Below, one piece after another: positions 29,134 through 37,562 of a DNA stretch of 64,000 nt. The position numbers and the translations under genes were made by a program. The notes beneath the pieces are model-generated. The model was not told the origin of the DNA. It did not search any database and saw nothing but the letters and a program-made list of their open reading frames with translations. Numbering within the stretch: position 1 is the first letter of the stretch; every line of letters starts with the position of its first letter. The stretch comes from Desulfobacterales bacterium. Its GTDB lineage: Bacteria; Desulfobacterota; Desulfobacteria; Desulfobacterales; SpSt-501. The DNA lies in assembly GCA_037481615.1 (NCBI GenBank), contig JBBFLI010000007.1; one strand, written 5' to 3'.

Positions 29134-30871
29134 GGGCGGCCTCCTCGATCGCCTGGAGGTGAAAGGCGTGCGCGTAGTAGGCCTGGCGCTGCAGCAGCTC
29201 GGCGTGGGTGCCGAGGGCGGCGAGCCGGCCGCGGTCGAGGACGGCGATCCGGTCCGCGAAGCCGACCGCGGCGATGCGGTGGGAGGCGATGCAGATCGTC
29301 CTCCGGCCGACAAGCGACCGGATCGTCCGCAGGATCACCGCGGCGGTGGCGAAGTCGACCTGACTCACGGGGTCGTCGAGGAGCAGCACGGGCGCCTCGG
29401 CGAGCAGGCAGCGGGCGAGCGCGACGCGCTGCTTCTGGCCGCCGGAGAGCAGCACCCCGCGTTCGCCCACCACGGTGTCGAACCCCGCGGGCAGGGCGCG
29501 CACGGTCTCCAGGAGCGCGGCCGCGGCCGCGGCCTCTTCGAGGCGCCGCTCCGGGATCGCCGGGTCGCCGAGCGTGAGATTGTCGCGGAGGGTCCCCGAG
29601 AAAAGGAAGGCCTCCTGGGGCAGCAGGCAGACCGCGCGTCGCAGGTCCTCCAGGCGGAGCTCCCGCAGGTCCCGCCCGTCGAGCCGGATGCGGCCCGCCG
29701 TCGGGTCGTAGAGCCGGGGGAGGAGGCTGAGGAGCGTGCTCTTCCCGCTTCCCGGCGGCCCCACGATCCCGAGCACGGACCCGGCGGGGACGACGAGATC
29801 GATCCCCTCGAGGGCGGATCGCCCCGCCGCCCCCGGATAGGCGAAGGAGACGCCCTCGAAGGCGATGTCCCCGCGCGGCCGCGGCAAGGGCCTGGCCCCC
29901 GTCGGGGAGGCGATCGCCGGCGCCTCGGCGAGGATGGCCGCGATCCGCTCGAGGGAGGCCTTCCCCCGCTGGACCAGGTTCGTCACCCAGCCGAGGGCCA
30001 TCATCGGCCAGGCGAGCAGGCCGAGGTAGGTGATGAAGGCGACGAGGTCGCCCACGGTGATCGCGCCGAGGATCGTGCGCCGGCCGCCGACGAGAAGGAC
30101 GAGGACGAGGCCGGCGCTCGTGAAGAGGAGCATCAGGGGGGAGAACACCCCCGTCACGCGCACGAGCTTCAGGTTTTCCTCGAGGAAGTCCCGCGACACC
30201 CGTTCCACCCGCAAGGCCTCGACATCCTGGCAGTTGTGGGCCTGGATGAGGCGGACCCCGGCGATGCGCTCCCGCACCGCCTCGGTCAGGGCGGCGAAGG
30301 AGACCTGGACCGCCTGGTAGCGGCGGTGCATGCGTCGGCTGAAGAAGCGGGTGCCGAGGGCGACGAGCGGCATCGGGAGCAGCGCCCAGACGGTCAGCAC
30401 GGGGTCGATGTAGGCCATGAAGGCGATGGCCGCCGTGCCCATGATCACGGCGTCGTTCAGCGCGACGATCCCCATGCCGGCCGCCATGCGGATCTGCTGG
30501 AGGTCGTGGGTCGCGCGGGCCATCAGGTCGCCGGTGGTCGTGCGGTCGAAGTAGGCCGTGGGGAGCCGCTGCAGATGCGCGAAGAGGCGGTCGCGCAGGC
30601 CCTGCTCGATTCTCCGGGAGGTGCCGAGCAGGCACATGCGCCAGGCGTAGCGGAAGACCCCGACCAGCGCCGCAAGCCCGAGGATCGCGCCCGCCTGCGC
30701 CGCGAGCCTGCCGGTCTGCGGTTCGGCGAGCGCGAGGTCGTCGACGGCGTGCTTGATCACCCGCGGGATGACGAGCTGGAGCAGATCGACCAGGATCAGG
30801 CTCCCCAGGCCGGCGAGGATCCGGTTCCGGGATTCGGCGAAGTAGGGTCGGATGAGCTCGAGCGAGGGCAT
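29123..30871 (-). CDS. ABC exporter, fused permease/ATPase, subunit 1
   Basis: Start at ATG 30871 (MPSLELIRPYF) inside a 1292-aa track ORF. Walker A GPPGSGKSTLL, signature LSGGQKQR, Walker B LLLDDPVS. Confidence 0.9.
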   Translation of the reverse strand: MPSLELIRPYFAESRNRILAGLGSLILVDLLQLVIPRVIKHAVDDLALAEPQTGRLAAQAGAILGLAALVGVFRYAWRMCLLGTSRRIEQGLRDRLFAHLQRLPTAYFDRTTTGDLMARATHDLQQIRMAAGMGIVALNDAVIMGTAAIAFMAYIDPVLTVWALLPMPLVALGTRFFSRRMHRRYQAVQVSFAALTEAVRERIAGVRLIQAHNCQDVEALRVERVSRDFLEENLKLVRVTGVFSPLMLLFTSAGLVLVLLVGGRRTILGAITVGDLVAFITYLGLLAWPMMALGWVTNLVQRGKASLERIAAILAEAPAIASPTGARPLPRPRGDIAFEGVSFAYPGAAGRSALEGIDLVVPAGSVLGIVGPPGSGKSTLLSLLPRLYDPTAGRIRLDGRDLRELRLEDLRRAVCLLPQEAFLFSGTLRDNLTLGDPAIPERRLEEAAAAAALLETVRALPAGFDTVVGERGVLLSGGQKQRVALARCLLAEAPVLLLDDPVSQVDFATAAVILRTIRSLVGRRTICIASHRIAAVGFADRIAVLDRGRLAALGTHAELLQRQAYYAHAFHLQAIEEAAHAA

Positions 30872-30983
30872 GGCGGAGTCCCGCGACACGGCGGGGCACG
30901 AGGGGGGGGCTCGCGCCGCCGTGGGGGTTGGATAACACAGGAACCCGCGATCGACAACGCCGCGCCCGGCCCGCCCCGCGGCG

Positions 30984-31012
30984 TTGACTTCGCCATCCCC
31001 GGTTGCTATCTT
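30984..31012 (+). promoter_or_regulatory. Putative sigma70-type promoter placed for a leaderless RNase II-family mRNA
   Basis: TTGACT (30984-30989), 17-nt spacer, TATCTT (31007-31012). The ATG at 31019 is only 6 nt downstream, with no SD sequence. Confidence 0.45.
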
Positions 31013-31018
31013 GGCAAT

Positions 31019-33022
31019 ATGGAAGTTGGGAATATTGTTGAATATATCGATCGCGAGCGCATCCTCTGCGCCGTGATCCTCGAAATACGCAACCAGCGCC
31101 TCAAGCTCCTGACCGAGAACAACCGCGAGGTGAGCCTCTCGGCGGGGAGACTCTTGCGTCTGGACACCACCCGGCTCGACCCCGGGATGGGGCGTTTCCG
31201 CCTGGTCGACCGCCTGCGCGAGGTGGCCGAGAAGAGAAACGCGCTCGTTTCCGCGGTCACGATCCGCGATCTCTGGGAGGTGCTCCACCCCGAAAACGAT
31301 TGGATCGACCTCGAAACCCTCACGGCCTTCTGCTTCCCGGGCGAGGCGAACGGGGATCACCAGTCCGCCGTGATGCGCGCGGTCTTCAACGACCGGCTCT
31401 ATTTCCGCTTTCACCCCGGCCGATTTTTCCCCAACCCGCCCGATCAGGTCGAGCGGCTCTTCGCCCGTCGGGAAGCCGAGGCCCGGCGGGCGCGGTTGAT
31501 CGAGCAGGGCGGGGCCTGGCTGCGGCAGGCGCTCTCCCGCACCGGCCCCCCCCCGGCGGAGGCGGCGGGCGAGGTGCCCGGGGAGTGCCTGCGCCTCATC
31601 CGCGACTTCTTCCTCTTCGGCCGGGAGGCCGCCGACCACGATACGGCGCGGGCGCTTCTCGAACGGGCCGGCGTGGACCCCGCGGGGGATCTCTTCCCCC
31701 TCTGCGTGCGGCTGGGGCTCTTTTCCGAGGACGAGAACCTCGACCTCCATCGCCTGCGCGTGCCGGTCGAGTTCCCGCAGGAGGCGCTCGAGGCGGCGCA
31801 GCGGCTCGTCGCCCCCCGGCCTTCGGCCCCCGCGTCCGGCCTCGCCGGGCGGGTTGACCTCACCGGCCTCGAGCTCTTCACGATCGACGGCCAGGCGACG
31901 CTCGATTTCGACGACGCTCTCAGCCTCGAGACCCTCCCCGACGGGCTGCGGCTGGGCGTGCACATCGTGGACGTCGCCCACTTCGTGCGTCGGGACGACC
32001 CCCTCGACCGGGAGGCCCGCCGGCGCGGCAGTTCGATCTATCTCCCCGACCAGCGGATCCCCATGCTGCCCGCGCCGCTCGCCGAGGGCTTGTGCAGCCT
32101 GCGGGCGGGGGAGGTGCGCCCGGCGATCACGACCTTCATCGATCTCGCCTCCGACCTGAGCGTGCGCGGCTACCGCATCCTGCCGAGCTGGGTGCGGGTG
32201 AAGGAACAGCGGACCTATTTCGACGTGAACCTGCTGGCCGACCAGGACCCGAAGCTCCTGCGGCTGCGCAGCATCGCGCGCGCCTTCCGCGAGGCGCGCC
32301 TGGCGGCCGGCGCCGTGCACATCGCCGTGCCCGAGGTGAACGTCTGGATCGCCGAAAACGGCGAGGTTCACGTGAGCCGCCTGAACCGCGAGAGCCCGGC
32401 GCGCATGCTGGTGGCCGAGATCATGATCCTCGCCAACTGGCTTGCGGCGCGCTGCCTTGCCGAAAACGGGCTGCCCGCCGTGTTCCGCGCGCAGCCCGAG
32501 CCGCGCGAGCGGCTCTACGCGGGCGAGGGGGGGAGCCTCTTCCAGCAGTGGATGCAGCGCCGGCTGCTCAACCGCTTCGTCCTGAGCCCGGCCCCCGGGA
32601 AGCACTCGGGGCTGGGGCTTTCGGCCTACGTGACGGCGACCTCCCCCATCCGCAAGTACTACGACCTCGTGACCCAGCGGCAGATCCGGGCCGTGCTCGG
32701 CCTCGAGGCGCCATACGGCGCCGCGGAAATCGAGGCCCTCCTCGAGGACCTCGCCCTCCCGATGAGCCGGGTCGCCCAGCTGCAGGCCGCCCGCCATCGC
32801 TACTGGCTTCTGCGGTTCCTTGAGCGCCGGGTGGGGGAGAAGGAGGAGGCGATCGTCCTGCAGCGGCGCCGCAACGGCTACCAGATCCTGCTCACCGAGT
32901 ACATGCTCGAGTGCGATCTGCCCGACACGGGCGGGCCGGAGCTCTTGCCCGAGGACCTGATCCAGGTGACCCTGCAGGCGGTGAACGCCCGCAAGGACCA
33001 CATCGCTCTCACCATCGGCTGA
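31019..33022 (+). CDS. RNase II/R-family 3'-5' exoribonuclease
   Basis: Start at ATG 31019 inside a 1296-aa track ORF, giving 667 aa. RNB motif TIDGQATLDFDDALSLE. C-terminal S1-like segment. Confidence 0.85.
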   Translation: MEVGNIVEYIDRERILCAVILEIRNQRLKLLTENNREVSLSAGRLLRLDTTRLDPGMGRFRLVDRLREVAEKRNALVSAVTIRDLWEVLHPENDWIDLETLTAFCFPGEANGDHQSAVMRAVFNDRLYFRFHPGRFFPNPPDQVERLFARREAEARRARLIEQGGAWLRQALSRTGPPPAEAAGEVPGECLRLIRDFFLFGREAADHDTARALLERAGVDPAGDLFPLCVRLGLFSEDENLDLHRLRVPVEFPQEALEAAQRLVAPRPSAPASGLAGRVDLTGLELFTIDGQATLDFDDALSLETLPDGLRLGVHIVDVAHFVRRDDPLDREARRRGSSIYLPDQRIPMLPAPLAEGLCSLRAGEVRPAITTFIDLASDLSVRGYRILPSWVRVKEQRTYFDVNLLADQDPKLLRLRSIARAFREARLAAGAVHIAVPEVNVWIAENGEVHVSRLNRESPARMLVAEIMILANWLAARCLAENGLPAVFRAQPEPRERLYAGEGGSLFQQWMQRRLLNRFVLSPAPGKHSGLGLSAYVTATSPIRKYYDLVTQRQIRAVLGLEAPYGAAEIEALLEDLALPMSRVAQLQAARHRYWLLRFLERRVGEKEEAIVLQRRRNGYQILLTEYMLECDLPDTGGPELLPEDLIQVTLQAVNARKDHIALTIG

Positions 33023-33097
33023 CCGGCCCCCGGAAGATCGCGCCCCGCGGCCCCGGCGCAGGGGGCCTTCCGGAGCGGCGCCCGCTCGGAGTTCCGT

Positions 33098-33595
33098 TCA
33101 GTCGGCATCCGGCCCGACGGCGATGCGGACCACCCTTCCCCCGGTCAGGCGCGCGAGCTCGGAGGCCGTGGTGGGGAAGACCGCCCGCGGGGTGCCGGCG
33201 GCGGCCCAGATCTCGGCGTAGGCGAAGAGGTCCTCGTCGATCAGCACGGGAAGCGCGGTGCCGAGGCCCACCGGGGGGACTCCCCCCACGGCGAAGCCCG
33301 TCACCGCGCGCACGAAGTCGGCGTCGGCCTTGCGGGCGGGCGCGCCGAGCAGGCGCGCGAGCTTGCCTTCGTCGACGCGGTTTTTGCCGCTCGTGATCAC
33401 GAGCACGGCCGGCGGTTGGCCATCGGTCCGGAAAACCAGCGATTTGGCGATCTGCCCCACCGTGCAGCCGACGGCCCGGGCCGCCTCGGCCGCCGTGCGC
33501 GTGCTCGCGGGCATCTCGCGCACGCGGCCCCGGGCCCCGAGCTCCTTCAGGGCCTGCTGCACACGCCGGGCGCTTCCGCTCAGCTCCTCGTCCAT
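33098..33595 (-). CDS. YbaK/EbsC-family aminoacyl-tRNA deacylase
   Basis: Start moved to ATG 33595 (MDEELSGS). YbaK-like blocks VGQIAKSLVF and TGFAVGGVPPVG. Confidence 0.8.
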   Translation of the reverse strand: MDEELSGSARRVQQALKELGARGRVREMPASTRTAAEAARAVGCTVGQIAKSLVFRTDGQPPAVLVITSGKNRVDEGKLARLLGAPARKADADFVRAVTGFAVGGVPPVGLGTALPVLIDEDLFAYAEIWAAAGTPRAVFPTTASELARLTGGRVVRIAVGPDAD

Positions 33596-33612
33596 GGGCT
33601 CATCCTTTCCGC

Positions 33613-33641
33613 TTGACGAAACCATCAACAGTTACTAAAAG
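33613..33641 (+). promoter_or_regulatory. Putative sigma70-type promoter in an AT-rich divergent region
   Basis: TTGACG (33613-33618), 17-nt spacer, TAAAAG (33636-33641), followed by an A8 run. This is the most AT-rich intergenic stretch I saw in the window. Confidence 0.4.
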
Positions 33642-33678
33642 TCATTTCATTAAAAAAAATAAATTCAGGTTGGTGACC

Positions 33679-34308
33679 ATGGGCATCCAGGAACGCAAGG
33701 AACGGGAAAAAGAGCGAAGAAAGCAGCAGATTCTGGTTGCCGCCAAGCGCGTCTTCTCCGAGAAAGGGTTCAACAAGGCGACGATGGAGGACATCGCCAC
33801 GCAGGCCGAGCTGAGCCCCGGGACGCTCTATCTCTATTTCAAGAACAAGGAAGAGCTCTACGCCTCCCTTTCCCTGCGCATTCTCCAATACCTGCTCCTG
33901 CGCCTCGAGCATGTGAACGCCATGAGGGAGGCCGACCCCGAAAAGCGGCTGCAGGCCCTCATGGAGGCCATGTTCGACGTCTACGAGTTCGACCCCCTGA
34001 TCATCATGAACATGTTCCATCTGCAATCGAGCGACACGCTCCGGAACCTGAGCCCGCAGTTGCTCCAGGAGATCAAGGACTTGATCGGCAAGTCGATGAA
34101 GTCGATCGTCCAGATCTTCAAGGAGGGGGTCTCCCGCAAGATCTTCATCGACCGCCACCCCGTGGCCCTGGCGGACGCCTTCTGGTCCCTTTTTTCGGGC
34201 GTGATCCTCTGGATGACGAGCAAGCGCCTGGTGAGCGACGGGCCGGATCACCTGAAGGAAACCCTGGCCCTCGCCTTCGAGACCTTTCACCGCGGCATCA
34301 AGCGCTGA
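33679..34308 (+). CDS. TetR-family transcriptional regulator
   Basis: Start moved to ATG 33679 (MGIQERKE). HTH segment FNKATMEDIATQAELSPGTLYLYF. GC is noticeably lower than in the flanks. Confidence 0.85.
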   Translation: MGIQERKEREKERRKQQILVAAKRVFSEKGFNKATMEDIATQAELSPGTLYLYFKNKEELYASLSLRILQYLLLRLEHVNAMREADPEKRLQALMEAMFDVYEFDPLIIMNMFHLQSSDTLRNLSPQLLQEIKDLIGKSMKSIVQIFKEGVSRKIFIDRHPVALADAFWSLFSGVILWMTSKRLVSDGPDHLKETLALAFETFHRGIKR

Positions 34309-34317
34309 GCGCCGCCC

Positions 34318-35736
34318 TCAGGCGAAGAGCCGGGCGATCTCGTCCACCTCGAAGCGCGGCCAGGGGACCGGGCGGCCGTGCCGCATTCCCCGAACCCCGA
34401 CGCCCTTCCGCAGCACCTCGCCGATGCGGGTGATCTCGATCCCGGCCTCGCGGATCGTCCGCTCGAGCCGCGGCGCGTGCCGCGGCCGGCAGGCGATGAG
34501 GAGGCTCCCCGAGCCGATCAGCCCGAGGGGGTCGAGCCCGAGGAGGCGGCAGAGGCGGCGCGTTACGGGCCGGACCGGGATGCGCGCGAGATCGACCTCG
34601 AGGGCGCAAACGCCCGCCGCGGCGAGTTCCTCGACCGCCATGGCCACCCCCCCCTCGGTCACATCGTGCATGGCGCTCACCCCGGGGCAGGCGGCGGCCG
34701 CGCGCGCCTCGGGCAGGATGGGGACGTGCGCGAGGAAGCCCCGGGCGCGGGCGAGCGCCGGCGCGGACAACCCGAGCCGCCTCAACCGCGCCGCGAACTC
34801 GCGGGCGAGGATCGCGGTGCCCTCGATCCCCGCCGCCTTGGTCATGAAGAGGACGTCCCCGGCGCGCAGGCGGCGCTTGTCGATCAGCTTCCGCCGCCGC
34901 ACGCGCCCGGCCATCATGCCGCAGACCACGGGGCGAAGCACCGCGTCGGTGATCTCGGTGTGCCCCCCGCAGAGGGTGATCCCCCAGCGGCGGCAGAAGG
35001 AGGAGAGGTCGGCCAGGACCCCGCGGATGTCGGCCGGGGTCGTCCCCGGCGGGAAGAGGAGGGTGGCGAGCAACCAGCGCGGATCGGCGCCGGCGGTGGC
35101 GATGTCGTTGGCGTTCACCAGGACGGCGTACTGCCCGATCGCGTCGGTGGCGAAGGTGATCGGGTCCGACTTGAGGATCAGGACCTCATCGCGCGCCACA
35201 TCCACGGCGGCGATGTCTTCGCCGACCCCGGGGTTGATCAGGAGGTCCGGGTCCTCGAAGCGGAACTCTTGCAGGAATTCCGCGAGCCAAGCGTTCGGGA
35301 GCTTCCCCGCGGCGAGCGGAAGCTCCCCGCGGATGCGGTGCAGGAGCGCCCGGGGGTCACCTGCGGCCTCCCCCCGGGGATCCAGGCGCACGGTGCGCCA
35401 CCCGGCGCGCTTTGCGGCCTCGAGAAAGGAAGGATCCGCCGAGACGGCGATCCGCCCGCCGGAGGCGGCCCTTGCCTTTCGCGCCGCGGCCCTGAGCGCC
35501 GCCGCGAGTTTGCCGGCCGTCGGCGGCAGCAGGAGAAAGGCCGCCTTCTTCACCGCCCGGGGGCCGAGAAGGGTTCCGAGCCTGCGGCGCGCCTCGGGCG
35601 CCGCCAGCCGGCTGGCGATGCCGACCCGCAGCCCGTGATCCCCCAGCAGGGCGGCCAGGCCCGGCGAGGGCGGAGCGGTGCGGAGAGGGGGAATCCCCTC
35701 GGCGTGGAACCACACGGTGTCGGAGGCGCTGCTCAT
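34318..35736 (-). CDS. PurM-superfamily (AIR synthase-related/HypE-like) protein with ~170-aa N-terminal extension
   Basis: PurM-like N-domain GVGEDIAAVDV...LVNANDIATAGA and C-domain CGGHTEIT...HDVTEGGV. ATG 35736 is chosen; ATG 35775 is an alternative. The extension has no PurM features. Confidence 0.7.
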   Translation of the reverse strand: MSSASDTVWFHAEGIPPLRTAPPSPGLAALLGDHGLRVGIASRLAAPEARRRLGTLLGPRAVKKAAFLLLPPTAGKLAAALRAAARKARAASGGRIAVSADPSFLEAAKRAGWRTVRLDPRGEAAGDPRALLHRIRGELPLAAGKLPNAWLAEFLQEFRFEDPDLLINPGVGEDIAAVDVARDEVLILKSDPITFATDAIGQYAVLVNANDIATAGADPRWLLATLLFPPGTTPADIRGVLADLSSFCRRWGITLCGGHTEITDAVLRPVVCGMMAGRVRRRKLIDKRRLRAGDVLFMTKAAGIEGTAILAREFAARLRRLGLSAPALARARGFLAHVPILPEARAAAACPGVSAMHDVTEGGVAMAVEELAAAGVCALEVDLARIPVRPVTRRLCRLLGLDPLGLIGSGSLLIACRPRHAPRLERTIREAGIEITRIGEVLRKGVGVRGMRHGRPVPWPRFEVDEIARLFA

Positions 35737-35824
35737 GGCCGGCGACCCCTGCTGAACGCGGCCTCGCACTTTCATCGCCCGGCCACCCTGCCACCGATCC
35801 GGGCCCGATGACAAGCGGAAAGTC

Positions 35825-36691
35825 TCACCGTTTCCGCGCGAGCGGCCAGAAGCGGGCAAGTCCGGCGAGGCTCTCCCAGAGCTCGTCCCGGCGGTGGATC
35901 TCGAGGGTCACGAGCGGCGGCTCGGGGTGCATGGCGAAGAGCCTCTCGAGGGTCGGCCCGAAATCGATCCCCCCCCGCCCGACGGGCAAGTGTTCGTCCC
36001 GCTCCCCGCCGTTGTCGTGGAGGTGGAGCTCGGCCACAAAGGGGCCGAGGCGCTCCACCCAGTTCAGCAGCGGCTCCTCCCCGAAGGCGACGGCGTGGCC
36101 GCAGTCGAGGCACAAGCCCACGTCCCTTTCCGCCAAACGCGCGAAGAGCTCGGCCATTTCGCCCGGCCCGCGTTCGAAGACGTTTTCGAGAACCAGGCGG
36201 CCGCCGAGGGGCGAGAGCCGTGCCGCGATCTCCCCCCAGAAACGAAGGGAGTGCTCGAGCCACAAGGGCTGGAAATAGCCGTAGCGCCGCCAGTCGTAGC
36301 CCGCATGGGCGACGACCGTGACCGGGCGGAAGAGCGGGACGAGGGCGAGGAGCTGCTCGTAGCGGCGCGCGGCGACCGCGCGCACGGCCGGGTCGCTCGA
36401 GCCGGCGGAGAGATCGACGAAGGGGCCGTGGAAGCTCACGCGCAACCCCGCCTCCCGGATCGCGCCCGCCACGCGGGCGAAAGAGGCCGGCGCGGTCCCG
36501 TCGAGGGTCTCGGCATCGAAGGCGATCTCGGGGTTCAAGGCGTGCTCGAGGAAGTGTGCGAGATCCCCCGCGGCGAGACGGCGGAAGCTCGTGTGCACCT
36601 GGACCGCGGCCTTGAGCTCCGGCCAGGAAATCCCGCCGGGCGTTGACCGCCCGCCCGTCCCGGGCGTAGAGTGATCGTCACGCCGCGCCAT
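35825..36691 (-). CDS. Sugar-phosphate isomerase/epimerase (xylose-isomerase-like TIM barrel)
   Basis: 288 aa. Pattern VQVHTSF...FHGPF...LVLENV...CLDCGHA...HLHDN is typical of the AP_endonuc_2 TIM barrel. The start is uncertain. Confidence 0.7.
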   Translation of the reverse strand: MARRDDHSTPGTGGRSTPGGISWPELKAAVQVHTSFRRLAAGDLAHFLEHALNPEIAFDAETLDGTAPASFARVAGAIREAGLRVSFHGPFVDLSAGSSDPAVRAVAARRYEQLLALVPLFRPVTVVAHAGYDWRRYGYFQPLWLEHSLRFWGEIAARLSPLGGRLVLENVFERGPGEMAELFARLAERDVGLCLDCGHAVAFGEEPLLNWVERLGPFVAELHLHDNGGERDEHLPVGRGGIDFGPTLERLFAMHPEPPLVTLEIHRRDELWESLAGLARFWPLARKR

Positions 36692-36719
36692 GAAACCTCG
36701 CTCGCGGAGGTCCGCCGCG

Positions 36720-37562
36720 ATGTCCGCCCTCGACCGCCTGGAGCCTTTTCTGCTCGCCTGCGTCGACGCCCTCTTCGACCGCATCCCGCGCCGGCCGCCC
36801 CCGGAAGACCTGCTGCGCCACTGCCGCATCGTCGCCCATCGCGGCGCGCACGACGGCCGCGGGCTCCGGGAAAACACGATCGCCGCCTTCGACGCGGCGG
36901 CCGCCTGCGGCGCCTGGGGTATCGAGTGCGACCTGCGCTGGACGGCGGACGGCGTCCCCGTCGTGGCCCACGATCCCGACCTCGCCCGCGTGTGGGGGCT
37001 GCCGGAGAGGATCCGGGATCTCCCCTTCGCCGCGCTGCGAAGCCGTGTTCCGGAAATCCCCGCCCTCGCGGAGGTGGTCGCGCGTTTCGGCGGCAGAATC
37101 CATCTGCTGCTCGAGATCAAGGAGGAGCCCTGGCCCGACCCCGCCGGGCGCAACCGGCGGCTCGCCGCCATCTTCGCGGGGCTCGAGCCCCGGGCGGATT
37201 ACCATCTCCTCGCCCTCGATCCGCGGCTCTTCGAGCGCATCACCTTCGCCCCGCCCGGCTGTTTCCTGCCCGTGGCCCAGGGGCTGCCGCGCGCGGAAAG
37301 CCGCGTCGCGCTCGAGCGGGGCTTCGCCGGGGTCGCCGCCCATTACCTGCTGCTTTCCCGCGAAACGATCGCGCGCCATCACCGCGCGGGGCAGTCGGTG
37401 GGGACGGGCTACGCCCGCTCCCCGGCCGTTTTCTTCCGCGAAGCCGGCCGCGGCGTGGACTGGGTCTTCACCAATCACGCGGCCTCGCTTCTCGGCGCGC
37501 TCGCCGGCCGGCTCCCCCCCGCCCCGCCGCCACGGGGCGGGTCGGGCTCGCGCACGAAGTAG
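36720..37562 (+). CDS. Glycerophosphodiester phosphodiesterase family protein
   Basis: ATG 36720 lies 9 nt after GGAGG and is preferred over ATG 36690. GDPD motifs VAHRGAHDGRGLRENT and IECDLRWTADGVPVVAHD. Confidence 0.8.
   Translation: MSALDRLEPFLLACVDALFDRIPRRPPPEDLLRHCRIVAHRGAHDGRGLRENTIAAFDAAAACGAWGIECDLRWTADGVPVVAHDPDLARVWGLPERIRDLPFAALRSRVPEIPALAEVVARFGGRIHLLLEIKEEPWPDPAGRNRRLAAIFAGLEPRADYHLLALDPRLFERITFAPPGCFLPVAQGLPRAESRVALERGFAGVAAHYLLLSRETIARHHRAGQSVGTGYARSPAVFFREAGRGVDWVFTNHAASLLGALAGRLPPAPPPRGGSGSRTK

Noticed and set aside
37475-37562. 88-nt convergent overlap of the GDPD and MFS genes as a functional antisense arrangement
   Set aside because: Both C-terminal tails are Pro/Gly/Arg/Ser low-complexity sequence encoded by the same GC-rich DNA. 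Most likely one or both proteins simply run on to a late stop. There is no evidence for regulation.
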